A DNA stretch of 64,000 nucleotides from Nemertoderma westbladi. Its lineage: Eukaryota > Animalia > Xenacoelomorpha. Below, piece by piece: positions 27,601 to 39,894 of the stretch (position 1 is its first letter; each line of letters begins with the position of its first letter). A program made the translations under genes and the position numbers. Where the stretch lies: NCBI GenBank assembly GCA_032718475.1, contig JAUCBJ010009150.1, positions 62,001 through 126,000 of the forward strand, given 5' to 3'. The notes under the pieces were generated by a model that saw only the letters and a program-made list of their open reading frames with translations, was not told where the DNA came from and ran no database searches.

Positions 27601-29952
27601 CTTTCAAATTGACAGTTTGACATGTTTTTTTGTCAAATGTCAATGTGTCAATGTGTCAATATGTCACTTTCAAATTGACAGTTTGACATGTCATTTTGTA
27701 AAATGTCACTTTCAAATTGACATTTTGACATGTCATTTTGCCAAAATGTCATTTTCAAGTTGACATTTTGACATGTCATTTGCCAAAATGTCAATGTGTC
27801 AATATGTCACATTCAAATTGACAGTTTGACATGTCATTTTGTAAAATGTCACTTTCAAATTGACATTTTGACATGTCATTTTGCCAAAATGTCATTTTCA
27901 AGTTGACATTTTGACATGTCATTTGCCAAAATGTCAATATGTCAATATGCCACTTTCAAATTGACAGTTTGACATGTCATTTTGTCAAAATGTAACTTTC
28001 AAATTGACATTTTGACATGTCAATTTGCCAAAATGTCACTTTCGAATTGACATTTTGACATGTTATTTTGCCAAAATGTCACATTCGAATTGACATTTTG
28101 ACATGTCATTTTGCCAAAATGTCAATGAGTCAATATGTCACTTTCAAATTGACAGTTTGACATGTCATTTTGTCAAAATGTCAATGTGTCAATATGTCAC
28201 TTTCAAATTGACAGTTTGACATGTCATTTTGTCAAAATGTCACTTTCAAATTGACATTTTGACATGTCATTTTGCCAAATGTCATTTTCAAGTTGACATT
28301 TTGACATGTAATTATGCCAAAATGTCACTTTCGAATTGACATTTTCACATGTCATTTTGCCAAAATGTCAATGTGTCAATATGTCACTTTCAAATTGACA
28401 GTTTGACATGTCATTTTGTCAAAATGTCATTTTCAAATTGACATTTTGACATGTCATATTTTATGAGATTTAAGGTATTTTTTCTTGAAAAAGCGAACAT
28501 AACTTTTCTGAGTCCGTTTCTGTGACATTTAAAGAAAAGTTAACTTGTGATACTTCTTTTAGTGTTAAATTAACAGCAGATTCCAAATACAGTAACCGTT
28601 TTTACATATGATTTGTAGTTCTCGCGATATTTGGGTTCAAACACAACGTTTTTTGATATTTTACGAAATTTAAGGTATTTTTTCTTGAAAAAGCAAACAT
28701 AACTATTCCCAGTCCGTTTCTGTAACATTTAGAGAAAAGTTAACTTGTGATACTTCTTTTAGTGTTAAATTAACAGCAGATTCCAAATACAGTAACCGTT
28801 TTTACATATGATTTGTAGTTCTCGCGATATTTGGGTTCAAACACAACGTTTTTTGATATTTTACGAAATTTAAGGTATTTTTTCTTGAAAAAGCAAACAT
28901 AACTATTCCCAGTCCGTTTCTGTAACATTTAGAGAAAAGTTAACTTGTGATACTTCTTTTAGTGTTAAATTAACAGCAGATTCCAAATACAGTAACCGTT
29001 TTTACATATGATTTGTAGTTCTCGCGATATTTGGGTTCAAACACAACGTTTTTTTATATTTTACGAAATTTAAGGTATTTTTTCTTGAAAAAGCAAACAT
29101 AACTATTCCCAGTCCGTTTCTGTAACATTTAGAGAAAAGTTAACTTGTGATACTTCTTTTAGTGTTAAATTAACAGCAGATTCCAAATACAGTAACCGTT
29201 TTTACATATGATTTGTAGTTCTCGCGATATTTGGGTTCAAACACAACGTTTTTTTATATTTTACGAAATTTAAGGTATTTTTTCTTGAAAAATCATACAT
29301 AACTATTCCCAGTCCGTTTCTGTAACATTTAGAGAAAAGTTAACTTGTGATACTTCTTTTAGTGTTAAATTAACCGCAGATTCCAAATACAGTAACCGTT
29401 TTTACTTAAATTGTAGATTTTGCAACAAAAATTAAAAAAAAATACGATTTGAGGGAATCACAACAAAACTTTTTAAGTTTAAAACAACCGGTTATGTTAA
29501 ACATAACGGTAACGTATAACGGCATAACGGTACCAAAAATAACTTCATTTTAATAACAAAATAAACGGATAAACAGATGAGTAACCAGAACCCGGTAGCA
29601 CAAACATACAGATCAGTAACAGCAGTATCAACACCAGATTAGCACAAGACTTAATAAGTAAAATGAAAGCCGACTTCCACCACTGGGTACGAACCTATTG
29701 CTTAACGAAATGTCCCTATTTATAATCGAATATGGTGCGAGCCACAAAGTCTGTGAGCCATAGCATATAGTTGAATGTAGAGCATGCATGGGCCATTGTC
29801 AGTCCGTTGAATTGAGATTTAGAGGGAAAATCATATCATTAGCCAAAATGGAGCCTTCGCAAAACGTTTATCTAATGAACAATGTCTATTATTTGGCCTA
29901 GCTAGTACAACTGTATGCCACCGTTCACGGACCCCGCCAACCCACCGAGTCC

Positions 29953-30105
29953 CTACAGATCTCCCTTGGGTTCCTCTTGGCCCTCGAAGTATCGTATCTT
30001 ATCCTTGGGATTGGGGATTATGGTAGCGCTGCCCGGCTTCCAGTCGATCGGACAGACGTCCCCGTGCTGGTCCGTGTACTGGAAGGCCTGCACGAGACGC
30101 AGGGT
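29953..30105 (-). pseudogene. Peroxiredoxin C-terminal exon fragment, copy 6
   Basis: Identical translation. Confidence 0.9.
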
Positions 30106-32278
30106 CTGTAAGGGTCCGTAAGTCGTTCTCAACATTATTGTGGGAATCTGGGAAGCCCAAGTTCGCACGGCGTGGGTTCGTGGATGCCATAGCACGCGTC
30201 CCGACCTGGAGAAAACAATTAAGTGAAAATACAAATGAACAGTGACATGTTATTTAAAAATCTCATATAATTAAATATCAATTAAACATCAATAAACACA
30301 AACACATATTTAATAATAAACAAACACACCAACACTTATATAATGTAGGAATGAATAATTACCCGTTGTAACAATAATTGCAAGCCAGACGTCCCAACAC
30401 TTTAATAAATAATTCATTGCGAACGACTTGCTGGTAATGTTGTGAATAAACTGTAAATCTAAACTCTAAATAATCAATTGTAATTAAACTTTAAACCAGA
30501 GCGATTTTAAATAAGAAACTTTGTTAAACGTAACTTATAATATATTCAGCTACTGAGGAGGCAGCGCTTATTATATATTGGTGTTGGTGTCTGTAATACA
30601 AAACGAACAAATGTCTGGCCATTGACCTTGTGTCTTTGTGTGAAGCCGCGCTATCCAATAATAAGACGGTATAACAATTATTGGTTGTTCAAGCAAAGGC
30701 AATGTATACGTTAATGTATAATAATATGTTGCTTGGCGTGGGTGGCTGAGGCCTTGGCCTTGGTTGGTTAGTTTCCAGGGTGATATGTTCTAGAATATTA
30801 AATTATTTACCTTGAGTGAACCAAACCAACCACCCACACAATGCTGAAGCACAGCGCATTGTATCCCAGCCGTCCAGCCCAGCCCGGCTGGCGCCTCCTA
30901 CAACACAATGCAAGCAGCTCAGCTCAATATTGCTTGAAAATTCTCTTGTAAATATTTTCCAACTCAATAAATAATTACACTTGAAATGCACTATAGAGGG
31001 GTGGTGAGGTGTTAGCGATGTCGCCCGGTGATTCTGAGCGTTTTTGGTGATCATTTGCTTAAAATATATTTTTTATGCTCTATCTCGTGGTGTCGGTTAG
31101 AACGCGCGAAAATGAAAATCGATGGTCATTTTTGAAAAAAATCGGAAGTTATTTCGGTAAATTATGGCTAATTTTGGGAAGGGCTTTTGTGTTGGCAATT
31201 TATTATTTAATACAGTTGAATATTTGGCTGAATTGAAGTTCATTAACCCGGGTAATTAAATTGAAATAACAAGTTATTTTGCAAAATTATGGCTAATTTT
31301 GGGAAGGGCTTTTGGAATGGCATTGAAATTGAAATGAAAGGTGTTCTTAGGAGAATTTGAATTAATAACTAGTGCCCTACATAACAGCGCAGTGCACTTA
31401 ATAACGAGTGCCCTACATAACGGCGCAGTGCACTTTATAACGGCGCAGTGCACTTCATAAAGGTGTAGTGCACTTCATAAAGGTGTTAGTAGTGCACTTC
31501 ATAACGATGCAGTGCACTTAATGTTATATGCTATATTTCATGTTATATGCTATAGTACATGCTCTGCGATATGCTATATGGTATGGTATATGCTATGCTA
31601 TATGCGATATGCTATAAGCTATATGTTATATGTTATGCTATAGTACATGCTATGCTATATGCTATGCTATATGCTATGCTATATGCTATGCTATTTGCTA
31701 GGCTATATGCTATGCTATATGTTATAGGCTATGCTATATGCTATATGTCATATGTTATATGTTATGCTATATGCAATGTCATGCTATATGTTATGGTATA
31801 TGCCACGTTATGATATATGCTATGCTATGCTATATGTCATATGCTATATGTTAAATGTTATGCTATATGCCATGTTATGTTATATGCTATAGTACATGCT
31901 AAGCTATATGCTCTATGCTATGCTATATGCTATATGCAATATATCATATGCTATGCTATGTTATGCTATATGCCATATGCTATGATACAACCTATGCTGT
32001 ATGCAATATATCATATGATATGCTATGTTATGCTATATGCTATGGTACATCCTATGCTATATGCTATGCTATGCTATGCTATGCTATATGCTATGCTATA
32101 TGCTATGCTATATGATATGATATATGCTATGCTATATGTTATATACTATATGTTATATGTTATGCTATATGCCACGTTATGCATGCTATGCTATGCTATG
32201 CTATGTTATGCTATGCTATCATATGTTATGTTGTTCTATGCTATGCTATGCTATGCTATGCTATGCTATGCTATGCTA

Positions 32279-32543
32279 TGCTATGTTGTGAGGTGAGCCG
32301 AAAGATAGAACAAGAGTTTATCTGAAGCATGTACACAACATAATAATCAATATAATACATATATAGATGTGATAGATAAGTCAGCAGTCAGGTGGGCGCC
32401 GACTGCATAGCAGATATACCAGATACCGGTATGGTAGGTATTAGTATGCTATAAGAAGAACGGTACAGCAGTAAGGTAAACGACAGAACAGTATAACATA
32501 CATATATACTATATGGCTACGAGTAGGTCACGAGTATCTCTCA
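32279..32543 (-). repeat. 3' LTR (265 bp)
   Basis: tgctatgttgtgagg...gagtatctctca, identical by eye to 37352-37616. The left edge is defined by comparison with the other LTR because it merges with the microsatellite. Confidence 0.92.
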
Positions 32544-32555
32544 TCTCCCCCTTTC
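32544..32555 (-). other. Polypurine tract
   Basis: GAAAGGGGGAGA on the - strand directly abuts the TG of the 3' LTR. Confidence 0.9.
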
Positions 32556-32581
32556 AGTTTTAGTGAGTCTGGGAATATATG

Positions 32582-35500
32582 TCAGTACCTCTCACCTCCC
32601 CCTTTCAGTCTGGGAGATCGTCGCGGGATGATTTTTGACCTCACCTCGTCATCGAATGTAATGTTGCGTTTGGGTGGGGACCCACGAGGTGTGTCCGGAT
32701 TGGACGGTGTGGAAGGAGAGTTGCGTGCTCCGACAAAGCGACGGAGGTATCGACGGTTGCGTATGAGTTTGCGCCCATTCGAGAGGAGGATTTCGAAGCG
32801 GCGGAACCCGAGTTTTCCCACGATAGTGCCAGTGCGGTCCCACAGGCGTGTCCGTTGACTTTGTAGACGGACCGTCTCACCGAGAGTAAGCGGTGGGAGG
32901 GGATGTGCGGATAGGTTATAACGATCAGCCATGTCCTGTTTAAGGATACCAGCTCGAATAACAGAATCGGTGGTCGGCTTTGTGGCAAAGGAAGCAGGGT
33001 GTACTGGCACGCGGGATCGCATTGAACGTCCATAGAGTAACTGCGCAGGGGACAAACCAGTGGCAGATGGGGTGTTTCGCCACTCAAGGATGGCCTCAGC
33101 AAATGCGCGTTGATCAAGATGTTTATTAGCGGTTTGACACTTTTTTACGAGGGCCTTCATGGCATGAACCGCAGATTCGGCATGGCCATTGGATTGTGGA
33201 TATTCAGGCGAGGAGATGCGGTGTGTCACCGACCAGTCGTGGAGGAAGTTGCGGAACTCCTCTGACGTGAACTGGGGCCCTCCATCTGTAGATAGTTCGA
33301 CCGGGGCACCATAGTCCCGGAAGTATTGGGTAAATGAGTCAATAAGGTGGCGTGTAGAGGGGCATGTGCGGTATGCCTCAACTATGGGCCAACCAGTGTG
33401 TCGATCAGCATATACAAGGTAATATTGATATGCGTAGGAGTACAGATCAGCGGAACATTGCTCAAATGGTCGATTTGGAAGCGGGGTTGAAATTAAGTCC
33501 TCATGTGGTTGACTACGTTGGTATAGTTGACACGAGTCACATGACTCGACAGTGTTTTTGATGTCGGAATTCATGCCGGGCCAGTAGAACGCCTGGCGCG
33601 CGCGACGCTTGGTACGAACAATGCCTTGATGCGAGGCATGTAACCGCTTAAGGATTTCACGACGAATGGAACTTGGGATAATGATCCTGGCTCCATATAG
33701 AATGAGGTCGCCGTCGATTGACAGTTCCGGTAGTATACTTTTATATTGATGGACTGACTGTTTCGGTATGTCGTCAGTGTCTTTACCATTGGCAAGGTAA
33801 TGGTACAGATGCTGGTAGGGGATATCTGTTTTAGCAGCGTTGATGATGATGTCGAGAGCAGGGTCATGACTGGGATGTCCGTCGGCGACTGATTCATCAT
33901 CTATAGCACTGACTCGTTGGATGACGGCTGTGTGGTGGTCATCTTGGAATAATACTTCATCACTGGGTTGCGGGTCGGAGGTAGGAGCTCGTGAGAGAGC
34001 GTCGGCTGAGTGATTGTCCTTCCCTGGGACCCATTTAGCTGTAAACGTATATGGGGCAAGTTTCTCGCGGAGGCGTTGGAGACGGGGGTTCTCAATGAGG
34101 TCGAGGGTGAACCTGTTGAGGATAGGAATTAATGGTTTGTGGTCAACTTCGATGTCAAAGTGTGTGAGGCCTTGGAGATATAACTTGCACTTTGATGCAG
34201 CCCATACGACAGCAAGTAATTCAAGCTCACACATAGCGTAGCGTGATTCGGTATTAGTTGTGAAACGAGAGCCACATTGAATGAGACGCCAGCTCGGAGG
34301 TGAGTTAAGATCAGCGTTGTGATTTTGCAGCAACACATATCCTAAGCCTTGGAGACGAGACGCATCCGTGCGAAGGACGGTGGGCAACGCAGGGTTAAAA
34401 GGTTGAAGCACTGGTGGGGAGACCAAAGCGGCTTTAACGGCATTAAAGGCGGCAGTGTGCACGTCCAACCAGAGAAATGAGTTGCGAGTTTGCAGCAGCG
34501 GTCGTAAGGGAGCGGCAACAGCGGCGATTTCATTGGAGAACTCGCCGAGTTGGTTAACTAAACCAAAAAATGAGCGGAGCTCACGGATGTTCGTTGGGAT
34601 GGGGAATTCCGAGATGGCTGATACCCGGCTGGGATCAGCTTCGACACCAGTGTGGCCAACAATATAGCCAGCAAACTCAACACTTGGCTGCGCAAAAACG
34701 ATTTTGTCAGGGTTTAGAGTTATTGAAGCGTTACGACATCGGGTTAAAAGTTCCGAAACAATAGTGACGTGTTCGTCAAACGTTGTTGTATAAACGATGA
34801 TGTCGTCTACAATTTTTCTACTATTTGTTAGGCCCTCGAGTGCAGCATCGCCTCGACGGCAATATTCATCCCCGGAGCATGATAGACCCATCGGTGCGCG
34901 AAGATACATATAGCGTCCATATGGGGTCAGGAATGTAGTGAGAGGTTGGCTGTCCTCGTCAAGAGGTATTTGCCAGTACCCATGGGTCGCATCGAATTTG
35001 GAAAAGTAGCGCATTCCATGGGGAATTGAGAATACTACATCGCGGGGTGATGGAAAGGGATGAACTGGTCGGTGTATATGAATATTCAACCGTGTATGGT
35101 CGACGCACATACGTAATTTACCGTTCTTTTTCGTTGTCACGACCAGGGGACTAACAAACTCAGTTGGGTAGTCCACTTTTGAAATAACTCCCTTTAATTC
35201 CATCTGATTTAGGTTTTCTTTGATTTCCTCGCGGTAAGCAAATGGTATGGGGCGAGCGGCGTGGACTGCGTACGCCTCGTATCCCTTTTTCATGTAGATA
35301 TGCATAGGGTCACCAGACATGGTGGGCAGTTCGACATTAGGTGAACTCCCGGCAAACACGTCATTGAATTCGCAAACAAGCTGTTGGTGGGTGTTTTCGA
35401 TAGTTTTTATAGGTGTGTCGTCCGTGATTGGCGGTGGGGTTGACACAGTAAGCAGGTTCCCTCGTTGAGCGGTTATATAGCCGGGAATTGGAAATTCTGG

Positions 35501-37210
35501 GGCTAATAGTCCGTGCTGTTTACATACAATGTATGACATTAGAAACCCATCGAAATCGGAGGTAACATATGCAACGGTGGGTATACAACGTTCATAGTAA
35601 ATTATATTAATTGAAATGGAACCAAGACATTCCATTTGTGTTTTATTTGCAGCTAACAGCGGTATGACGTCATTGGGGTTGATATACTGGGTTAAACCAT
35701 GGGTTTCGACAATAGAATTCGAAATTATGGTGTCATCCGCCCCAGTATCAACTACTGATGAATTTATGAAAAAGGATGCATCATGGCAGGAGACAGAGAC
35801 GCGTATCCTAGGTGGTTTCGATGAAACAGCATAAATGAATGCATTATTGTTGTTTATGTTTCCATCCTCGAGATCGGTTGCAATATAGCTATTATGGGAG
35901 GCTTTATTTGGATGCGACCGAGGGACAGGTTTAGGAGTCGTGGAGGTCGAGGTAGCGGACTGTTTCTTACCGCAAACAGGAGCTATGTGACCTTGTATAC
36001 CACAAGCGTGACAGGTACTGGATCGATGCGGGCACTGACTCCGTTCGTGGGCTGAGTAACACTTTTGACAAGATTTTCGCCGTTCATAAGGTTGCTGGTT
36101 GGAGCGGGGGGCGGAGGGACTCCGTCTTTGTTTGTGGCGTGGGCCTCGGTACCGTGGGTTGGAGGTTGATCGACCGCGGTGCTGTTCTGAATCTGTTGCA
36201 TGTTTCCAACCGGATGTAGAATTTCCAGGGCCAGAAACTTTCAATGTTTTGGAGACTGCACCAGTAGCATCGCGGCGTGATTGTTCCCGGGCTCGACAAA
36301 CCTTAAGAACATCGTCCAGGGTGGGGTCATCGTACTGTTCGAATATTTTCTCCCTGAGTTCGTCATCGTTGATGCCGGAAATAATTTGGGTCATAAGTTG
36401 CTGTTCCGAGCAATGGTTACAGGGTTCGGAATTACTCTGTAAGTCGGACAAGCGGACATAGTAGTCATCAAAGGATTCGCCCTGAGACTGTTTAGTGCGG
36501 GTAAACTCCACACGGCGGCACACAACGTTGGTTTTGCGACGATAATGAGCAAGGAGTTGGTCGAGAATTTCGTTGACCGTCATGGTGTCGGTGACGTGCA
36601 TGATGACTCGCATCGCATCCTGAGTTTTACGGGAGATGCAGCCATAAAGGTGAACAACCTGGGCTGCGAGGTCGAGAGAGAGGATGTCGTTAACGTTATA
36701 AAAGCGTTCGAACTGTTCTCGCCAGGTTTTGAACTGCGCTAGGGTATAGTCGTTTGTTAATGGTTCGGGTTTGTAAGAGGAATCCACGCGGCGGGATGTC
36801 CTGTGGTCGCCAGCGGCAGCGGGCGCGGGGCCGTGGCCGGGGGCTATGGCAGCGCCGCGCGGGCCCTGGGTACCAGGAACCGGTACGGCTGGGCGTTGTT
36901 GATCCGTGAGGAACTGGAAGAAGGCGTTTTGCTGGTCGCGTGCAGCGGCCTGCTGTTCGCGGATGAAACCCATTAACACAGCGACGGAATCGCCTTCCAC
37001 GGTTCGGTAAACTTCCTCCACGCCAGGGTTGGAGGTGATGTCGGACACGTTATGTTCGCGGACAAATTTCATAATTATGCAACGCATAGAATCTGTGTTC
37101 GTCTTGGCGTCGACGCTGATGCTGAACTGTGTGGCCCACTCCCGGAGTTGATCCCGTGGGGCGTCAGCAACGTCAGCCAAAGATGGTAAATCTTCCAAGT
37201 TGGATGCCAT
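32582..37210 (-). CDS. Gag-Pol polyprotein, 1542 aa from the first ATG (37210)
   Basis: Zinc knuckles CQKCYSAHERSQC and CHACGIQGHIAPVC; protease VVDTGAD; RT KFDATHGYWQ, PMGL, IVDD; RNase H TDAS, ELE, DHKPL, ADALSR; integrase HASH..CDSC and D,D,E triad (SADL, TDGGPQF, SNGHAE). Confidence 0.96.
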   Translation of the reverse strand: MASNLEDLPSLADVADAPRDQLREWATQFSISVDAKTNTDSMRCIIMKFVREHNVSDITSNPGVEEVYRTVEGDSVAVLMGFIREQQAAARDQQNAFFQFLTDQQRPAVPVPGTQGPRGAAIAPGHGPAPAAAGDHRTSRRVDSSYKPEPLTNDYTLAQFKTWREQFERFYNVNDILSLDLAAQVVHLYGCISRKTQDAMRVIMHVTDTMTVNEILDQLLAHYRRKTNVVCRRVEFTRTKQSQGESFDDYYVRLSDLQSNSEPCNHCSEQQLMTQIISGINDDELREKIFEQYDDPTLDDVLKVCRAREQSRRDATGAVSKTLKVSGPGNSTSGWKHATDSEQHRGRSTSNPRYRGPRHKQRRSPSAPRSNQQPYERRKSCQKCYSAHERSQCPHRSSTCHACGIQGHIAPVCGKKQSATSTSTTPKPVPRSHPNKASHNSYIATDLEDGNINNNNAFIYAVSSKPPRIRVSVSCHDASFFINSSVVDTGADDTIISNSIVETHGLTQYINPNDVIPLLAANKTQMECLGSISINIIYYERCIPTVAYVTSDFDGFLMSYIVCKQHGLLAPEFPIPGYITAQRGNLLTVSTPPPITDDTPIKTIENTHQQLVCEFNDVFAGSSPNVELPTMSGDPMHIYMKKGYEAYAVHAARPIPFAYREEIKENLNQMELKGVISKVDYPTEFVSPLVVTTKKNGKLRMCVDHTRLNIHIHRPVHPFPSPRDVVFSIPHGMRYFSKFDATHGYWQIPLDEDSQPLTTFLTPYGRYMYLRAPMGLSCSGDEYCRRGDAALEGLTNSRKIVDDIIVYTTTFDEHVTIVSELLTRCRNASITLNPDKIVFAQPSVEFAGYIVGHTGVEADPSRVSAISEFPIPTNIRELRSFFGLVNQLGEFSNEIAAVAAPLRPLLQTRNSFLWLDVHTAAFNAVKAALVSPPVLQPFNPALPTVLRTDASRLQGLGYVLLQNHNADLNSPPSWRLIQCGSRFTTNTESRYAMCELELLAVVWAASKCKLYLQGLTHFDIEVDHKPLIPILNRFTLDLIENPRLQRLREKLAPYTFTAKWVPGKDNHSADALSRAPTSDPQPSDEVLFQDDHHTAVIQRVSAIDDESVADGHPSHDPALDIIINAAKTDIPYQHLYHYLANGKDTDDIPKQSVHQYKSILPELSIDGDLILYGARIIIPSSIRREILKRLHASHQGIVRTKRRARQAFYWPGMNSDIKNTVESCDSCQLYQRSQPHEDLISTPLPNRPFEQCSADLYSYAYQYYLVYADRHTGWPIVEAYRTCPSTRHLIDSFTQYFRDYGAPVELSTDGGPQFTSEEFRNFLHDWSVTHRISSPEYPQSNGHAESAVHAMKALVKKCQTANKHLDQRAFAEAILEWRNTPSATGLSPAQLLYGRSMRSRVPVHPASFATKPTTDSVIRAGILKQDMADRYNLSAHPLPPLTLGETVRLQSQRTRLWDRTGTIVGKLGFRRFEILLSNGRKLIRNRRYLRRFVGARNSPSTPSNPDTPRGSPPKRNITFDDEVRSKIIPRRSPRLKGGGERY

Positions 37211-37342
37211 AACAGATACGGTGATACAGAAAATGTGTACCAGTGTACAGTTGAGTAAAGTACGGTATGGTATTGCAGTATTGAGAACGGTATTGCAAAG
37301 TTCAGAAGTTGGGGTGTATCGCTGAGGTAGCAGACTACACAA

Positions 37343-37351
37343 ACTGCGCCA
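37343..37351 (-). other. Primer binding site TGGCGCAGT (tRNA-Ser-like, from memory of tRNA 3' ends)
   Basis: Immediately follows the terminal CA of the 5' LTR on the - strand. Confidence 0.75.
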
Positions 37352-37616
37352 TGCTATGTTGTGAGGTGAGCCGAAAGATAGAACAAGAGTTTATCTGAAG
37401 CATGTACACAACATAATAATCAATATAATACATATATAGATGTGATAGATAAGTCAGCAGTCAGGTGGGCGCCGACTGCATAGCAGATATACCAGATACC
37501 GGTATGGTAGGTATTAGTATGCTATAAGAAGAACGGTACAGCAGTAAGGTAAACGACAGAACAGTATAACATACATATATACTATATGGCTACGAGTAGG
37601 TCACGAGTATCTCTCA
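37352..37616 (-). repeat. 5' LTR (265 bp)
   Basis: Begins TGAGAGATAC and ends CATAGCA on the - strand; followed by the PBS. Confidence 0.93.
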
Positions 37617-39741
37617 CTGCTATGCTATGCTCTGCTATGCTATGCTATGCTATGCTATCCTATACTATGCTATGCTATGCTATGCTATGCTATGCTGTGC
37701 TATGCTATGCTATGTTAAGCTATAACATGCTATGCTATGCTATGCTATGCTATGCTATGCTATGCTATGCTATGTTAAGCTATGATATGCTATGTTATGC
37801 TATGCTATGTTTGTCAAAATGACATTTTGACATGTCATTTTGCCATAATGTCATTTTCAAGTTGACATTTTGACATGTCATTTTGCCAAAATGTCATTTT
37901 CAAGTTGACATTTTGACATGTCATTTGCCAAAATGTCAATGTGTCAATATGTCACTTTCAAATTGACAGTTTGACATGTCATTTTGTCAAAATGTCACTT
38001 TCAAATTGACATTTTGACATGTCATTTTGTCAAATGTCATTTTCAAGTTGACATTTTGACATGTAATTTTGCCAAAATGTCACTTTCGAATTGACATTTT
38101 GACATGTCATTTTGCCAAAATGTCAATGTGTCAATATGTCACTTTCAAATTGACAGTTTGACATGTCATTTTGTCAAAATGTAACTTTCAAATTGACATT
38201 TTGACATGTCAATTTGCCAAAATGTCACTTTCGAATTGACATTTTGACATGTTATTTTGCCAAAATGTCACATTCGAATTAACATTTTGACATGTCATTT
38301 TGCCAAAATGTCAATGAGTCAATATGTCACTTTCAAATTGACAGTTTGACATGTCATTTTGTCAAAATGTCAATGTGTCAATATGTCACTTTCAAATTGA
38401 CAGTTTGACATGTCATTTTGTCAAAATGTCACTTTCAAATTGACATTTTGACATGTCATTTTGCCAAATGTCATTTTCAAGTTGACATTTTGACATGTAA
38501 TTATGCCAAAATGTCACTTTCGAATTGACATTTTCACATGTCATTTTGCCAAAATGTCAATGTGTCAATATGTCACTTTCAAATTGACAGTTTGACATGT
38601 CATTTTGTCAAAATGTCATTTTCAAATTGACATTTTGACATGTCATATTTTATGAGATTTAATGTATTTTTTCTTGAAAAAGCAAACATAACTATTCCCA
38701 GTCCGTTTCTGTAACATTTAAAGAAAAGTTAACTTGTGATACTTCTTTTAGTGTTAAATTAACAGCAGATTCCAAATACAGTAACCGTTTTTACATATGA
38801 TTTGTAGTTCTCGCGATATTTGGGTTCAAACACAACGTTTTTTTATATTTTACGAAATTTAAGGTATTTTTTCTTGAAAAAGCAAACATAACTATTCCCA
38901 GTCCGTTTCTGTAACATTTAGAGAAAAGTTAACTTGTGATACTTCTTTTAGTGTTAAATTAACAGCAGATTCCAAATACAGTAACCGTTTTTACATATGA
39001 TTTGTAGTTCTCGCGATATTTGGGTTCAAACACAACGTTTTTTTATATTTTACGAAATTTAAGGTATTTTTTCTTGAAAAAGCATACATAACTATTCCCA
39101 GTCCGTTTCTGTAACATTTAGAGAAAAGTTAACTTGTGATACTTCTTTTAGTGTTAAATTAACCGCAGATTCCAAATACAGTAACCGTTTTTACTTAAAT
39201 TGTAGATTTTGCAACAAAAATTAAAAAAAAATACGATTTGAGGGAATCACAACAAAACTTTTTAAGTTTAAAACAACCGGTTATGTTAAACATAACGGTA
39301 ACGTATAACGGCATAACGGTACCAAAAATAACTTCATTTTAATAACAAAATAAACGGATAAACAGATGAGTAACCAGAACCCGGTAGCACAAACATACAG
39401 ATCAGTAACAGCAGTATCAACACCAGATTAGCACAAGACTTAATAAGTAAAATGAAAGCCGACTTCCACCACTGGGTACGAACCTATTGCTTAACGAAAT
39501 GTCCCTATTTATAATCGAATATGGTGCGAGCCACAAAGTCTGTGAGCCATAGCATATAGTTGAATGTAGAGCATGCATGGGCCATTGTCAGTCCGTTGAA
39601 TTGAGATTTAGAGGGAAAATCATATCATTAGCCAAAATGGAGCCTTCGCAAAACGTTTATCTAATGAACAATGTCTATTATTTGGCCTAGCTAGTACAAC
39701 TGTATGCCACCGTTCACGGACCCCGCCAACCCACCGAGTCC

Positions 39742-39894
39742 CTACAGATCTCCCTTGGGTTCCTCTTGGCCCTCGAAGTATCGTATCTTATCCTTGGGAT
39801 TGGGGATTATGGTAGCGCTGCCCGGCTTCCAGTCGATCGGACAGACGTCCCCGTGCTGGTCCGTGTACTGGAAGGCCTGCACGAGACGCAGGGT
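39742..39894 (-). pseudogene. Peroxiredoxin C-terminal exon fragment, copy 7
   Basis: Identical translation. Confidence 0.9.

Larger units (their letters stand above)
32279..37616 (-). mobile_element. Full-length Ty3/Gypsy LTR retrotransposon, Mag-like, 5338 bp
   Basis: Two 265-bp TG...CA LTRs, PBS, PPT and a single uninterrupted gag-pol ORF in PR-RT-RH-INT order. The Mag assignment is inferred from the single ORF, double zinc knuckle and short LTRs. Confidence 0.96.

Noticed and set aside
32628-36742. Small ORFs overlapping gag-pol
   Set aside because: Alternative-frame or antisense shadows; no env-like or other domain recognised.
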